Source: Antedon mediterranea (lineage: Eukaryota; Animalia; Echinodermata). Taken from it: a stretch of 64,000 bases of DNA. Positions 1-12,917 of the stretch are shown piece after piece. Below the pieces are notes generated by a model. The model was not told the DNA's origin, made no database searches, and was given only the letters and a program-made list of their open reading frames with translations. The DNA lies in NCBI RefSeq assembly GCF_964355755.1, contig NC_092672.1, forward strand, positions 6,014,001 to 6,078,000, written 5' to 3'. A program made the position numbers and the translations under genes. Every line of letters begins with the position of its first letter. Within the stretch, counting starts at the first letter, position 1.

Positions 1-1470
1 GATCTTCCCGACGCGGGGGCTACATTCTCCGACGAGGGGGCTATGCGAGCGAAGCGAGCATCACTACGCTGAGGGCCAGGGGCCGCCAAGGGCCCCCGGC
101 AACGCGTTCTAGCGTCATTTGAGGTCTTTTTAATCAGATTTAGGGTAGCCATTTTTTCCATTTTTTATAATGCATAAATAAAATACTGCGTGCAAAAAAA
201 CGATGCGCGATGACTGTTTCAATCCATATTTTTCAATTTAAAAAATAAAAGTTCAAAGAAAATTTTGAAAAATAGAGTTGGAGGTCCCGGAAATTGGACT
301 TATTATACTTCAAAACATGAAAAAAAATATATAAGTCCCTATCATGGGTTGTGACTGAGCTAAGAAATGTTTGAAAAATAGAGATGTTAGGTCCCGGAAA
401 ATGTACTTCTTGTTCTTCGAAATATGACCAGCTTTATTGTTGGGGCTGAGCTAAGAAAATGTTTAAAACTAGAGCTGCAGGTCTTCAAAAAATTGCATTT
501 TATACTTTGGAAACATCAGGCCTAGAGGCTTAAAAAACGCAAGCGTAGACCTTTTTCAGTCGGGGAAAAAAGTTTATTCCTCCCAGGTGTATGCATGCGT
601 ACCATCTGGACTTCCGAGTGGTGAGAAATTCATGACATACAGGATATTGAAAATGTAATAACTATAGCTATAATGTTGGCTAAGCGAAAATGGCATGTTT
701 TTTTGTTTAGTAATGGATGAAAAATTTATTTTAGGTGCCCCACGGTACAGAAGGTTACTTGTAAATTAAAAAATTGGTGAACAAACGAACAATTAACATA
801 ATTCGTTTTTGCTGTAGTGTAGCGTACGTCGACGCAGTACACGACGTAACCGTCGGTAAACTTCGCCTGGAAAATAACACATTACACATTTTGGTCCCTG
901 GATGAAACTTGATATCACGCGTCTCGACCCAACGTTGAACGATTCGTACAAAGGGATACCGCCAGACAAGTGCGTACCTAGCTATTGTTTAGTAGTAAGT
1001 TAGATCGCTGGCAATAATGAATGCATATAAAGTGCATAATATCACTCTGACGTACTCTCACGGTCAATGAAACGTCGCGGTTTTCTAGGCGCTGAAGCTA
1101 GCTACGAAGTGAACGCGAACGCTTTTTACTGTATATTATATTCCCCGACAAAAAGTACACGTGTTCCCTGACGTTAAGTTGTCTGTATTTCTCCAGCAAA
1201 CACTTTACCGCGTACATGAAGCGCTAAGCTATTACTTGTCGTCACATGATCGACTGCGCATGTTTTACATCGAGTTTGTAGTCAGTTCAGATTCCGTAAT
1301 TTAATTACTGGTATTTTTTCATTTTATATTAGCATATTTTTGTTTGTATACCATTGATAATGTAAATTTTGTATATATATAATGATATTGTCTTTAGTTA
1401 AACAAGACAAGAAAAAATACCAACCGAGGAAAAAGTGGACCTTTTGGGACCCCCCCTGGATACGGGCCTG
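1..1470. mobile_element. Right part of a non-autonomous DNA transposon (hAT-like terminus), left end outside the window
   Basis: Ends ...GGGACCCCCCCTGGATACGGGCCTG (reverse complement CAGGCCCGTATCCAGGGGGG, a hAT-type MITE terminus). It is followed abruptly by TGTAGGCAGAGCTTTAGG, which at 57749 is the uninterrupted end of a small MITE, so 1470 is an insertion junction. Confidence 0.45.
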
Positions 1471-2098
1471 TGTAGGCAGAGCTTTAGGATTAAGCTGAGT
1501 AAAACAAAATATAAGAATTTATAGGAATATTTACAAATATATATAAATGTAATATAATAAAAATATAATCAAAGCCAATCTAATAACTGTTTAACTATTT
1601 AAATATTCATTGAACATAGTGTTAACAAAGAAATAAAGTCTACTATAATAATAAGTATAATGATTATATTATATACCATACGATAGATATAACCTAGACA
1701 GCTGATTGGTTAAAACTACACACATAATTTAACTGGTTTCCACTTCACTGAACTATTTCAGGTTTTACTGCCCTCAACTTCTCTCATAACTTACACTATT
1801 TGTTATGCATTCTGTATGCTTGTGTCTTCCATGATTCCTTTTTTCTCCGATGGTTAGTTTTTCTTTTTTTTGACATTTTTATTTATTCCTGTGTTTACTT
1901 TAAAGAGGCCTTTACCCTGAAGTGGGTTGAATATGGCTAGCAATGATGAATTTAGTTTGCTACAAAATGTGTTTTCCTATCTATATTTTGTTTCTGATGT
2001 CTATATATTATAATTGTTTATGCTATTTTTTATTACTTAGGTATTTAAAGAGAAAATTCTTTTTTTTTGCTTAATTAAAAGAAGTAATATGTTATAAT
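1471..2098 (+). repeat. Copy of a dispersed multi-kb duplicated unit (non-coding block leading into the 20-bp minisatellite)
   Basis: Colinear, diverged matches to about 20620-21290, 55875-56496 and 57749-58330 (e.g. CAGGTTTTACTGCCCTCAACTTCTCTCAT...TATGCATTCTGTATGCTTGTGTCTTCCATGATT). Confidence 0.9.
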
Positions 2099-3016
2099 GG
2101 AGTGGAGCTGTAGCTTGGGGAGTGGAGCTGTAGCTTGGGGAGTGGAATTGTAGCTTGTGGAGTGGAATTGTAGCTTGTGGAGTGGAATTGTAGCTTGTGG
2201 AGTGGAGTTGTAGCTTGTGGAGTGGAGCTGTAGCTTGTGGAGTGGAGCTGTAGCTTGTGGAGTGGAGCTGTAGCTTGGGGAGTGGAGTTGTAGCTTGGGG
2301 AGTGGAGCTGTAGATTGGGGAGTGGAGCTGTAGCTTGGGGAGTGGAGCTGTAGCTTGGGGGAGTGGAGCTGTAGCTTGGGGAGTGGAGCTGTAGCTTGGG
2401 GAGTGGAGCTGTAGCTTGGGGAGTGGAGCTGTAGCTTGTGGAGTGGAGCTGTAGCTTGTGGAGTGGAGCTGTAGCTTGGGGAGTGGAGCTGTAGCTTGGG
2501 GAGTGGAGCTGTAGCTTGGGGAGTGGAGCTGTAGCTTGGGGAGTGGAGTTGTAGCTTGGGGAGTGGAGCTGTAGCTTGGGGAGTGGAGCTGTAGCTTGGG
2601 GAGTGGAGCTGTAGCTTGGGGAGTGGAGCTGTAGCTTGGGGAGTGGAGCTGTAGCTTGGGGAGTGGAGTTGTAGCTTGGGAAGTGGAGCTGTAGCTTGGG
2701 AAGTGGAGCTGTAGCTTGGGGAGTGGAGCTGTAGCTTGGGGAGTGGAGCTGTAGCTTGGGGAGTGGAGCTGTAGCTTGGGGAGTGGAGCTGTAGCTTGGG
2801 GAGTGGAGCTGTAGCTTGGGGAGTGGAGCTGTAGCTTGGGGAGTGGAGCTGTAGCTTGGGGAGTGGAGCTGTAGCTTGGGGAGTGGAGCTGTAGCTTGGG
2901 GAGTGGATCTGTAGCTTGGGGAGTGGAGCTGTAGCTTGGGGAGTGGAGTTGTAGCTTGGGGAGTGGAGCTGTAGCTTGGGGAGTGGAGCTGTAGCTTGGG
3001 GAGTGGAGCTGTAGCT
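2099..3016. repeat. 20-bp G-rich minisatellite (GGAGTGGAGCTGTAGCTTGG)n, about 46 units
   Basis: Directly visible tandem array; it explains ORF 2037..3023. Confidence 0.98.
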
Positions 3017-3154
3017 GTATCACATTGTTACCTTCTGTGTTCTATTATATATCTGATAGTTGAACATTTAATAATTTAGACAAACATATATAATTAGGCT
3101 AGTCAATCTATCCAAAAAAACAGCCCAAAGTGAAACAAATTGCAAATAGAGATT

Positions 3155-3721
3155 TTTCTTTTTTAAATGGTCATATATGATAAGGAGATTAAAATTTGAG
3201 CATCGCACCTCTGTCACTCATCCCGATGATATGCAAATTAGCTTAAATATGCAAATTAGGGTGAAATTACAGGGTTACCATATCTCAAAAACTACTAGTC
3301 CGAGAGAGTTGATTTTTTCACTGATTGATTCAAAATGTATATATTTATATTTACTCTAATGAAACATTTTACGAAAAAATTTCTCAATGTTTGCATACAC
3401 TATGTGACTAAAATGTATGTAGAGACTTTATTTTGCCCTCAAATGATCCAGACATAGGTTCCTAATAGCCAGCATAGGACCACTTTGTAATTCCCAAAAT
3501 CACACCTTTGTCACACACCTCGAAAGTATGCAAATTAGTAGTACAATTTAAATAAAATATGCAAATAAGAGGGTGAAATTACAGTTTTTGAGATATGGTA
3601 ACCCTGTAATTTCACCCTAATTTGCATATTTAAGCTAATTTGCATATCATCGGGATGAGTGACAGAGGTGTGATGCTCAAATTTTGATCTCCTCATCATA
3701 TGTGACCATTTAAAAAAGAAA
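3155..3721. mobile_element. Foldback/MITE element with about 138-bp terminal inverted repeats
   Basis: 3155-3293 is the near-perfect reverse complement of 3582-3721. TTAA occurs at 3163-3166 and 3710-3713. It explains the near-identical ORFs 3177..3359(+) and 3535..3768(-). Confidence 0.8.
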
Positions 3722-4784
3722 GGAGGTGGATAGACATAATACACAGGCTTTTTGAGAGTCCATTTCAAGAGGTATTTTTCTTAAGACGTGTCCGCACAAG
3801 AAAGTTTTCGCTGTATTCCAAATGAAATCCTCTTTTTGTGTCCAACAGAAGTCATGTATGGATGTACTTTCTTAATATTGAGTATAAAGACAATTTGTGC
3901 TTATAAATTTTTAAAATATAATTCAATTGCGTCAGAATATTTTAATGAAACAGACATGTCTGACTATCACCTCATAATCAATTCAACTGGATCTACTACT
4001 ATTTTTGTCAATTGTAGTTCAAGTCAATATAAATTGCATTAAGTATGTAAACAATAAGGTTAAAACAAAAATAATATGATAAACTAATGTGACTAAAATA
4101 ATACATACATATAAACAGCATGGTATAATTAAGGCCAATTGCTGAACAATATTTTTTTATTTGTTGATGAAGTAAACATTAAAAATTTCATAAAAAAGTT
4201 TCATACTAGAACAGTTTGATATTTATCTAATCTAAATTAAATTATTTACAGTATTAAAATCAATAATAACTATTTATATAGAAAAACTGTCGTAGAACAT
4301 TTATTAACAAAGAAAAAAGCCCACTAAGTATAATATGGTAACTTTATTATGGCATAAATCAATTCTAGAAATCTGATTAGTTAAAACTACATTTGTAATT
4401 TTACTATCTTGTGTTTCCTATCGACTTATAACCTTCCCTTAACATTTATATTATGTATTCTGTATACTTGTTGCTAATAATAGGATTTTTTTTCTTCCAA
4501 TGGTTTGTCATTAATTTTTAGGATTCATGTATTTTCTTTGCTATAAAAAGTGTTCCATATCCATGGCATAATGTGCATTTGTTTGATAACTGGACTCTAA
4601 AACAGTATATTTGACTCTGTATGCTACAATATTATTATGTGCTAATCATTATGTAAACATCTATATTACAATATTGGCATTTACATGTATTGGAAATCTG
4701 TTGCATACTTGTCATGCATCAACTGGTTGAAGGAGGCACTGATTTTGGTGGGGATAAGGATCCTCTTTTCCCCTTCTGTTTTTT

Positions 4785-5171
4785 TTAAATTTTAAGTGCA
4801 CGAAAAATATCAGTGATTTTATCTTCATTTTCTTCCATATTAATTGAATCTGGTTCCGGAACATTAAGATCAGATGAATGTACAAAAAAGTCAATGTTGC
4901 CTTTTGGTCTGCCACGACCTCCTGAATTTTTGCGTTTTCCTTTTACTTCTGGAGCTGCAGCTTTAAATTCAGGAAATTCCTTCAACCAGTCAACTACAGT
5001 GTCCTTATCGACATTAAAGTCACCACCAATTATTACAGAAGCTGAGTGGTCCTTTTTCATTTTCTCGGCAAAGTTCATAAGTTCCTCGAACTCAGGGTAT
5101 TTGCTTTCAGGTGTTCCTTTATGAGGATTTGGTCCATGCCATGATATTGCTACTAATCTACAAGATCCATA
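4785..5171 (-). pseudogene. C-terminal part of an exonuclease/endonuclease/phosphatase (EEP, DNase I-like fold) protein, probably disrupted
   Basis: Motifs VAISWHGP, VIIGGDFN and NIDFF in EEP order. The terminal DH motif is missing (stop at 4785) and the 5' side is cut by an insertion at 5172. Confidence 0.7.
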
Positions 5172-6508
5172 TAGTTGAGTCAAGCTGCTTCATGACCCCA
5201 AAAAAATTGCAAGAAAATGTTTTTTGATGTATTACAATAAAATATGGTCTCAAAAAACATATATAAAAAGTTTACTCAAATCGGACTACTGCAAAGGTTC
5301 AAAATTTGACATTAAAAAAGATGGCCGCCAATTTTTTAAAATCGGTAACCGCTTGTAGTAGACCGCTGTATTTGGTGTCAAATTATTCAAAATATATATG
5401 TTTATATTTACACTTTTTGAACATTTTGTTGAAACATGACCGGAAATTCTTTTTTTATGACCTTTGACATTATGGTACAACATCTAACTGCAAATCATCA
5501 TCAAAATGGTCAGAAGATACATTACCTTACCATTAACATCATTGCTGGTTTGGTATTCCACTCAACATGTTTTCACTTTTTCATGAGCAGCGTTGACTAA
5601 TAATAGTTAAAATAAGCTTTTCACGGTGCGAAATAAAAAATTATACAGTCTCCCCACACAGTTTTTTTTTGCCACAGCATGCATATGTTTAACATTCTAG
5701 ATTATTGTATTGTAGTGAAATTATAAAATCCCCATTATCATTACACTACAAACAATTAAGTGGCACGGACAAGCCAAACCAGTCGCTTGTCGGTAATCCC
5801 CTAACTGAGATACAGCCAAGAATAGGTAAAATCATGTTGACAAAAAAAAAATTATAAAATATTTTATTGATTAAATCTAACCTTGGCTTTATGTATTCTA
5901 AAATCATACTGTGTTGTTATTTTTTAAAATTTTTCAACTGAAACAAGTAAAAAAATACATTTTGTAAGGCTTATTTTGTAAGATGTCGAAAACTTGGTCA
6001 ATTTTTCGCCTGTAGAATTGTCTTTATGCCGCCATTTTCTAAGCGAAATGTGGCTTGTTTACTATGAATATAAGGCTAATTTAAAGAGGTGTGTTTCTAT
6101 TGGACAATGATGTCAATTCTTCATCTCATCAGTTGTCTCAGGTCCTGAGCAATTTGCCTTAAGCTTTTTCTCTCCGAAAATTATTAGTTACAGAGATATA
6201 AGAAGACAAAGGTCAAAATGCCAGAATGGTAGTTGCAGCCATTTTTTGACAAAATGTTGTATTAGAGTGAATTTAAATATATGTTGTGAATTATTTTGAC
6301 ACTAAAATGAAACCTGTAACACCATTACGAAGATATAAGCTATTTGAATATTTTGGCCGCCATCTGAAAAGGCCCATAAAAGACCCCCCACGGGTTAGAG
6401 ATTGGGCAACAACATTTTTCTGGTTTATTTTGACCCACTAAATATATTTAGACAAGTTGCCAACTTTCACCACAAATTGCACATGGAATACCTCTTTTAA
6501 CCTGACTA
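5172..6508. mobile_element. Non-autonomous DNA transposon with TAG...CTA ends (Academ-like)
   Basis: Starts TAGTTGAGTCAA and ends TTAACCTGACTA (8/12 inverted match). It interrupts the EEP frame. No clean TSD seen. Confidence 0.4.
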
Positions 6509-9500
6509 TCCTTTGCCACAATACAGATTTGTATGATATTTATTATTATCATAAACAATGGAGCAGAAGTCAATAGACGTTTACTGTATTTCAGTTCATC
6601 CAACAGTCTAAATGCCAATAAAATTAAGAGGAGCGATAACAAATATTATATATAAAACAAGATATAACAACACAATTAAATCTCATATTGAATTAATACA
6701 TTTGAATATATACATGTTAAAACATGAAAGAGATAAAAATGCAGAAGAGGGATCACTTGACACTATAAAGTTCCATCACAAAGGGAGGAGAATTGGCTTA
6801 TGTAATATATGTAGGTTCAGTATTAGCAATGGATTTATATAGCAAAGGTCAATCTGATCTAATGAACCATTTTTTTGTATAATAATAATAATAATATCCT
6901 GGATTTATATAGCGCCTAATGTATTACATTCACTCTACAATTTGGAATGTACAGTACTGTCAAATATTAAAATAAAGGCAATTACATTTTACTAGAGGGT
7001 GAGCTCGCTTCGCTCGCTCCCCCTCTAGGAAGTGTAGACGATGGTTCTCGGAATGATAATGACTCGGGTAAAAAGTTTTAGGACATTCTGGCCTGGACGA
7101 TTTCGATCGGTTACCATTATTTAAAAGCTTTTGATATTCGTAAAACTAAACCTACTCGCTAACCTGTTTCACAGTGTCTTAATGATGATTAATAGCGTTT
7201 TACGTATAGTGTGGGGGGAGGGGGAAGGAGTGGCGATACTTATTTAATTGATGTTTTATTAGGGAGGTGTTACGGGCGTTTATTCAAATAAATACCATCC
7301 TAATTGGTATATAATACATTATTCCGCGACACAGTGAGCCGTTTTGGCCTAAGAAGGAAGACGTTTTAGACGGCTTGCAACATGGGCAGAAGTATCCCAC
7401 GGTCCTGACGGGACACAGATAGCACATAGTATAAATAAAGTCCTGGCAGCTTACTCAACAACTCGGCTATCAGGGTTTCATTTGATTTCAAACAAAAGCT
7501 CTTATCATCAATTCTCTCGATGTAATTTTATATAATTATTTCCCACAATTTACTCCTATGTTTTATGAATATATTTAATTTGATCTTTATGTACTACAGT
7601 GTTATACCTTCACACGCGCGGTTCGAAAATAAACAAAAAACCAAACGGCCAAGGTTACAACTCCCTGGTTGAAACCAACCATGCAGGGACACCTTACCTT
7701 ACCGTGAACCTTTTCGATATATGTTATTGCGCACTATTTTTAAATGGCAGCTTTCGTGCTCGAAAAACGTACTAGGGTGTTATATTTCAATTTTGCACCT
7801 CCTAAAATGGACAATTATTTTTTTGTTCTGTTTACTATGTCTAACAAAATGAAAAGCTAGATAAAATCAATAATCAAGTGTAAAACTAATCATTGGTATA
7901 TACATAGTAAATGTTTATGAGTTGACAAATTGAGTTTTACAATGGCAACATTAACAAAGTACCTAATGTACATTGTTGTATAATACAGAGCCAGTCTATG
8001 ATTTGCTTTGTACAGAGAACCAATAATTATCATCATTTTGTGTTAAGTAGAACTAATACCGAACAAAATATAATGCATAATTAACCATTCAAATTCAAAA
8101 GACTCAACAGGTGTGTTATAATACATAACATAATACATAACAAATATAAAATATTGTAATCAATAATAATAATCATGAATCTATACAATATGTAAAAGTT
8201 ACTCACTTGGAAACTTTTTTAGCTAACTGATGGATAATTTCTTGACATTAAGTTGTTCTAGTAGTCTATGTAGACACCACAATCTGATATGTTGTATGGA
8301 ATCTGTTCACCAGTCATCAAATGATCCAAAAACTAAAGATGCCGATGTATTTATCATCTATGGAACTCCTCCCCCTGCTTTCAGTTCATAAGTATCATGC
8401 AATATGTACCAATCACTTTGCAGTAAGCACCAATTGTTATTAATTACACATCAATCGTTGTGTATAACACAACCAATGATGTTTTATATGATCTGATTGG
8501 GTTGTATTTATGTTGGGAGTAGATAAACTTTCGTCCAACCCTTTTCGATTAGTGAGTTTCATAGGTTGGGCATTTCAATTCATACTCACAGGTCTCTCTT
8601 GGGTGTTGTTATGTAAAAGACACTTAGACCTACAATTTTTTATGTTGTGTAAACAAAATATATTACTTTAAAATATTAAACTATGTCAAAATTATGATAA
8701 AAAGAGAGAAACACTGCACTACCAGCTCGCGTTGAATATTCTCTTAGGCTTAGCTAGGCTTAGTTATGTAGGCAACATTCACTATTTATTTTATAACAAC
8801 TACCTATTATGTCAACAAATGAAACATATTCCTAGGCAGCAGTAGAGCAATTTAAAAAATCGCCAAGTAACTGAAACTGATTTAGGCCAATTCCACTTTT
8901 TGTATAATTGTTCCTATGATTAATCAAAATCATACCAACGATCTGAAGCTAATTTAAGTGTTTTTTGTCTAAATTAATACATATATGGCTTTCCAAAAAT
9001 GTTGCTCTGTTGATCTAGTGGACCGAATTGTTAGCCAAGCAAAACAACAGGCGGCACAGTTGGCTTTGAGATTTTTTTTCATTCGTGAGAAGATTTTGTT
9101 GGTAGAAAAAAAGCTGAAAAACCATATGTGACCCACAATTGTCTAAACAAATGACAAGAATATATTTAGGTGTGTTATAAATAGTTAACCAACACCTTCA
9201 ATTTCATACTCCTAATTAAAGTAGTTTTACTATAAACGTTTCTTTATTTGTTTTTGGTTAGCCAGTTGTGGAAGGTACGGTAAATTGAAAATAAAAAATT
9301 TTTTGTGACCGATTACGGTGAATAGATTTAATAGGTGTTTCGCTTATAAGGTGTCTGCACAGGAAAGTTCAGGTGTATTCAAAATGATATTTTATTAAAA
9401 AATCAATTTATTTATTACTACTTAACAACAGTTAATTCCTACTTTAGATTTGTAATATAATAATAAAAATATCCTTTCTCTTTGTTTAGACTGGTATATT

Positions 9501-9929
9501 GATCTTAATTTTTACAATGTACATTATAGTTGGGATAAGTTTTTTGATTTAGAAATTTGAGTTATTTTTATTTATACAGTTCTTTTTGTAAATAATTGTA
9601 AATTAACAATTACCTGTTAATGATATGATGTATCTAACATCATAGCACCCTCCTACTTCACTTCTGTTGTATATTTGATATTGACAATTAAACTTGTATA
9701 TATTATGTACTTTTTCACTGTTGAATGATTTTTTTCACTTATTTATTATTTATCATCTTTATCATTTTTATTATAAAATTTGTTTTATACAAATAAATAA
9801 ATATTTTTAACATATATCTATCATATTTATTAATTAATGCAATAAAAGATTTTAAGTAGCTTCTTATTTACTGTAAATAATATAATGAAACAGTAACAAA
9901 TCCTTTTTCTCTATCATTATCTTCTTTAA

Positions 9930-10555
9930 AGACCCCTTCCCTGCAATTTTGGACGTTTTTTGGAAAATAATACATATATATCACTTTAAAAACATTAAAC
10001 CATGTCATTCCTTGTCTTAAATGTACGTTTTATGGTAAATTATGATAAAAAGTGAGAAACAATGCACTACCTAAGTAGCTCGCGGCGATCGACCTCTCGT
10101 GGACGGTCTTAGGCCTAGCCTAGCTAAGCTTAGTTTTGTAGGCCTAGCTGGTAAACATCGGTAACGTACGAACATCGTACGCTACCTATATACCTAGCCT
10201 GACGTTGTATAGTTGCTGCATTAATTGTCTTTCTATTTTTGCCAGACTCCGTTGATACAAATTGGGGAAAACCCGGTATTTTCGCTGAAAAGTTAGGAGT
10301 CTTCCATTTGTTTTGGCCTCACGATCGATCGAAAAGTGGGCGAATTACAGGTGAAAAACAAAAATATCAATCCGCGCGCAATGCATTTTGGGATTTATAG
10401 CGGGCCGCTATAATTATTAGAATCGACTTATTTTTCACATTTTTAACCGTTTAAAGACGAAAAAAGTTATCGCAATAGGATCATATAGTATTATTTTTAC
10501 ATTAAATATAGTTTGTGATCTTAAATTAGATCTAGAAAACGTAGGGAATGGGGCT
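9930..10555. mobile_element. Kolobok-like non-autonomous DNA transposon
   Basis: TTAA on both sides (9926-9929, 10556-10559). TIRs AGACCCCTTCCCTGC / GTAGGGAATGGGGCT (12/15), with AG...CT termini. An internal fragment of the same family lies at about 8660-8785. Confidence 0.75.
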
Positions 10556-11365
10556 TTAACCAATTGAACTTCATTGTATTATGTATGTTATTTTTTTTAT
10601 CCCCAAAAGTGTGCCTCGGAAGTCCAACATTTTAGACCAGCCCACTGATAGATATAATAACATGCATGAATTATTAAACAATGAAATGAAAATATAATAT
10701 ACAAAACCATATTCAATATTCCATTTAATATTTGAGAATTATATACTCGAGTGAGCTTCAATGATTTGACAATAGTAATAACTCCTCTATACATACACAT
10801 TGGTGGTTGTGATAGGCGTGGGGAAAAAAGGTAAAGGGAGAGGATAAAGAACATGGGCCTTTTGCTTTACCCCCCACCCCTTAACCTGAATTGTGCATTT
10901 GTGTTGTGTAACTGTTCATCAGTAACTGTTCATCAGTAACTGTTTTTTATTTAAATGTGTTTTTTTTTTTCCAGTGGTCAGCTTCCTTCTTTCTCCTGCC
11001 TCTGCAATTTGATGTACAGTATTAAACTTTTTGTTCTTGTATTAGGTGTTGTTATAAGATCAAATAATTCATTCAAATGTTATATTTTAAATTCAAAATT
11101 CAAGAGAATCTGTTATTAATACAATATTTTGTATGTCTTTTACTTTCGTACTATTCAAATGCATTAAAAAAAAAATCCAAATACCCAAATGAAAATATTG
11201 CAAATCTATTTTTTTTTGCATAAATTATAATGAATTGTTGAATTGTTGACACGTATTAAACTGTCAACGCGTTTCATAGTAAGTTTCAATATATGCATAG
11301 CCAGCATATACATGTCCCAGATGGTGTGGTGATTTTTTTTTTTCAAAAATATAATTTAAAATAAT

Positions 11366-11541
11366 CTATTCATTTTTACACTCTTCATCTTGCATTTCAT
11401 AAGTGACCTTAGCGGAAGTTGTTGACATGTTGATAGCATCATTTCCGTCATGTAAGTCACTGTATGATGGAGGTCCATTCAAATCAACTTCTACACTAAC
11501 TTCCTTCTCATTCTTTATTGAATCCTTTTTAGTTATTGAAT
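11366..11541 (-). CDS. HVCN1: Hv1 coding exon 4 (C-terminal tail to stop): NSITKKDS...NGPPSYSD...EECKNE*
   Basis: TTTTTTATGCAG acceptor; phase-1 join is in frame with exon 3; open for 176 nt to TAG at 11368-11366. The tail is not conserved, so support is from splice signals and frame only. Confidence 0.75.
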
Positions 11542-11811
11542 CTGCATAAAAAATTATTCAAAATATAATTCTTGGAGATTTATCCTATGACAGTTCCTTC
11601 TAGACTACTTTAAAAAACTCTACCATAAAGTAAAAGTTGTTGCTGGTGGGAAGAACAATGTTCTGGGGTGGCAGGAATATTGGGAAAAATATTTCAGGTA
11701 ATTGTCTATCTTTCCCTTCCCTAACAAACAACATACTGTAGGCCTAACCAAGCCCCTAACCATCCACCTCTATCATAACTTGTTGTGGTTACAAAAGCTA
11801 TCACAACTTAC

Positions 11812-11979
11812 TTAATACTATGCCTTTCTTTTGTGCTTCTGCTACTATCATTTCCATTTGTTTTTGTTGTTCTTCATAATGTTTCCGTAATTCATAAAGT
11901 TCAATTTCAGCTTCTTCTCTCAAAAATTTCTGTGCTGTTATCTTTTCATGGGCCTTTGCTTCTACAGACAGTACCAGAC
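11812..11979 (-). CDS. HVCN1: Hv1 coding exon 3 (end of S4 and coiled coil): GLVLSVEAKAHEK...ELYELRKHYEEQQKQMEM
   Basis: TTTTCCGCTAG acceptor and A|GTAAGT donor, 168 nt. Continues IVN-G-LVLSV, like human ING-IIISV; heptad-like composition. Confidence 0.92.
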
Positions 11980-12601
11980 CTAGCGGAAAAACAGATTGCA
12001 AAATACATTTAATTTGAGACTGTTGGAATGTGTGGAAGAAAGTCAATAAAAAATACATTTTTATAGCTATAATTTGTTGTAAAGACAAAATGAAGAACAG
12101 AAAGCAGGCATAAATGCCATAAATAAATTATGTAGAGTAACTGGTATACCAATTTTATTTCAAAAGGGTGGGAAAAAGGTGGTATATAAATTGTGAATGA
12201 AAACACAGGAGATTCGTAATTTTATACGCAAAGGTCCTGACTGAAGCCTCTTGATTTATTCTTGCAATAGGCTACGTGAAAACTACAACAAGAAGCAACA
12301 TAAATCAGTATTATATACAATGGTCTATTAATCATGGCGTTATGCAATAGTCATATTATTATTTCTAAGTTTTAATCTATATTGTTACCTCCTTGCATCA
12401 GTATATAAATAGAGGGCGCTTGCATAGTCTAAGACTGCATTTACATTTAAATTTTTTAAATGTTAAATGTCGGATGCCAGAAAGCAAAGCTGGTTCCAAA
12501 ATAATTGCTTTGCTGGGATAACAATGAAGAAATAGAATAAACATAAACACAAAAAAGTGAATCATATCTAAGGCAAAAAGTGTAAAGTAGGCTTTACTCA
12601 C

Positions 12602-12917
12602 CATTAACTATTCTAACAATCCTCCATAGACGCAAAAATATAAGCAACTGGATGACTGCCATGAACGTTTCCTCGTAAATAAGAAAAACAATGTCTAACA
12701 CGAATGAAATAATCACAATCACCGCGTCAAACATTTCCAATTTGTGCTTAAAAAATTCCAGTTGAAAGGCGTAAAATTTGAACATTATCTCAACAAGAAA
12801 GATACTAAGGATACCGATACTCATGTAGTGGAGAACCAGGGCTGCTGTCAATTCTTTCTCTGCTGTGTGTTCTTCTTCATCACCATCGCCTTCACCTTCA
12901 CATGCTTTGTTTTCATT
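12602..12917 (-). CDS. HVCN1: Hv1 coding exon 2 (S1-S2 loop, S2, S3, S4)
   Basis: Hv1 signature [12 protein letters not shown] (RxWRxxR), [38 protein letters not shown] acceptor and G|GTGAGT donor, 316 nt. Confidence 0.98.

Noticed and set aside
2037-3023. 328-aa mucin/extensin-like ORF (also 21267..21875, 21284..21853, 56826..57059)
   Set aside because: It follows automatically from a stop-free 20-bp repeat; no credible start or signal peptide. Kept only as a hypothesis in the findings.
3177-3768. Pair of near-identical convergent ORFs
   Set aside because: They are the two arms of an inverted repeat.
6991-7030. Hairpin CTAGAGGG.GAGC...GCTC.CCCTCTAG as a terminator or ncRNA
   Set aside because: More likely a Helentron-type element end; the other end was not identified.
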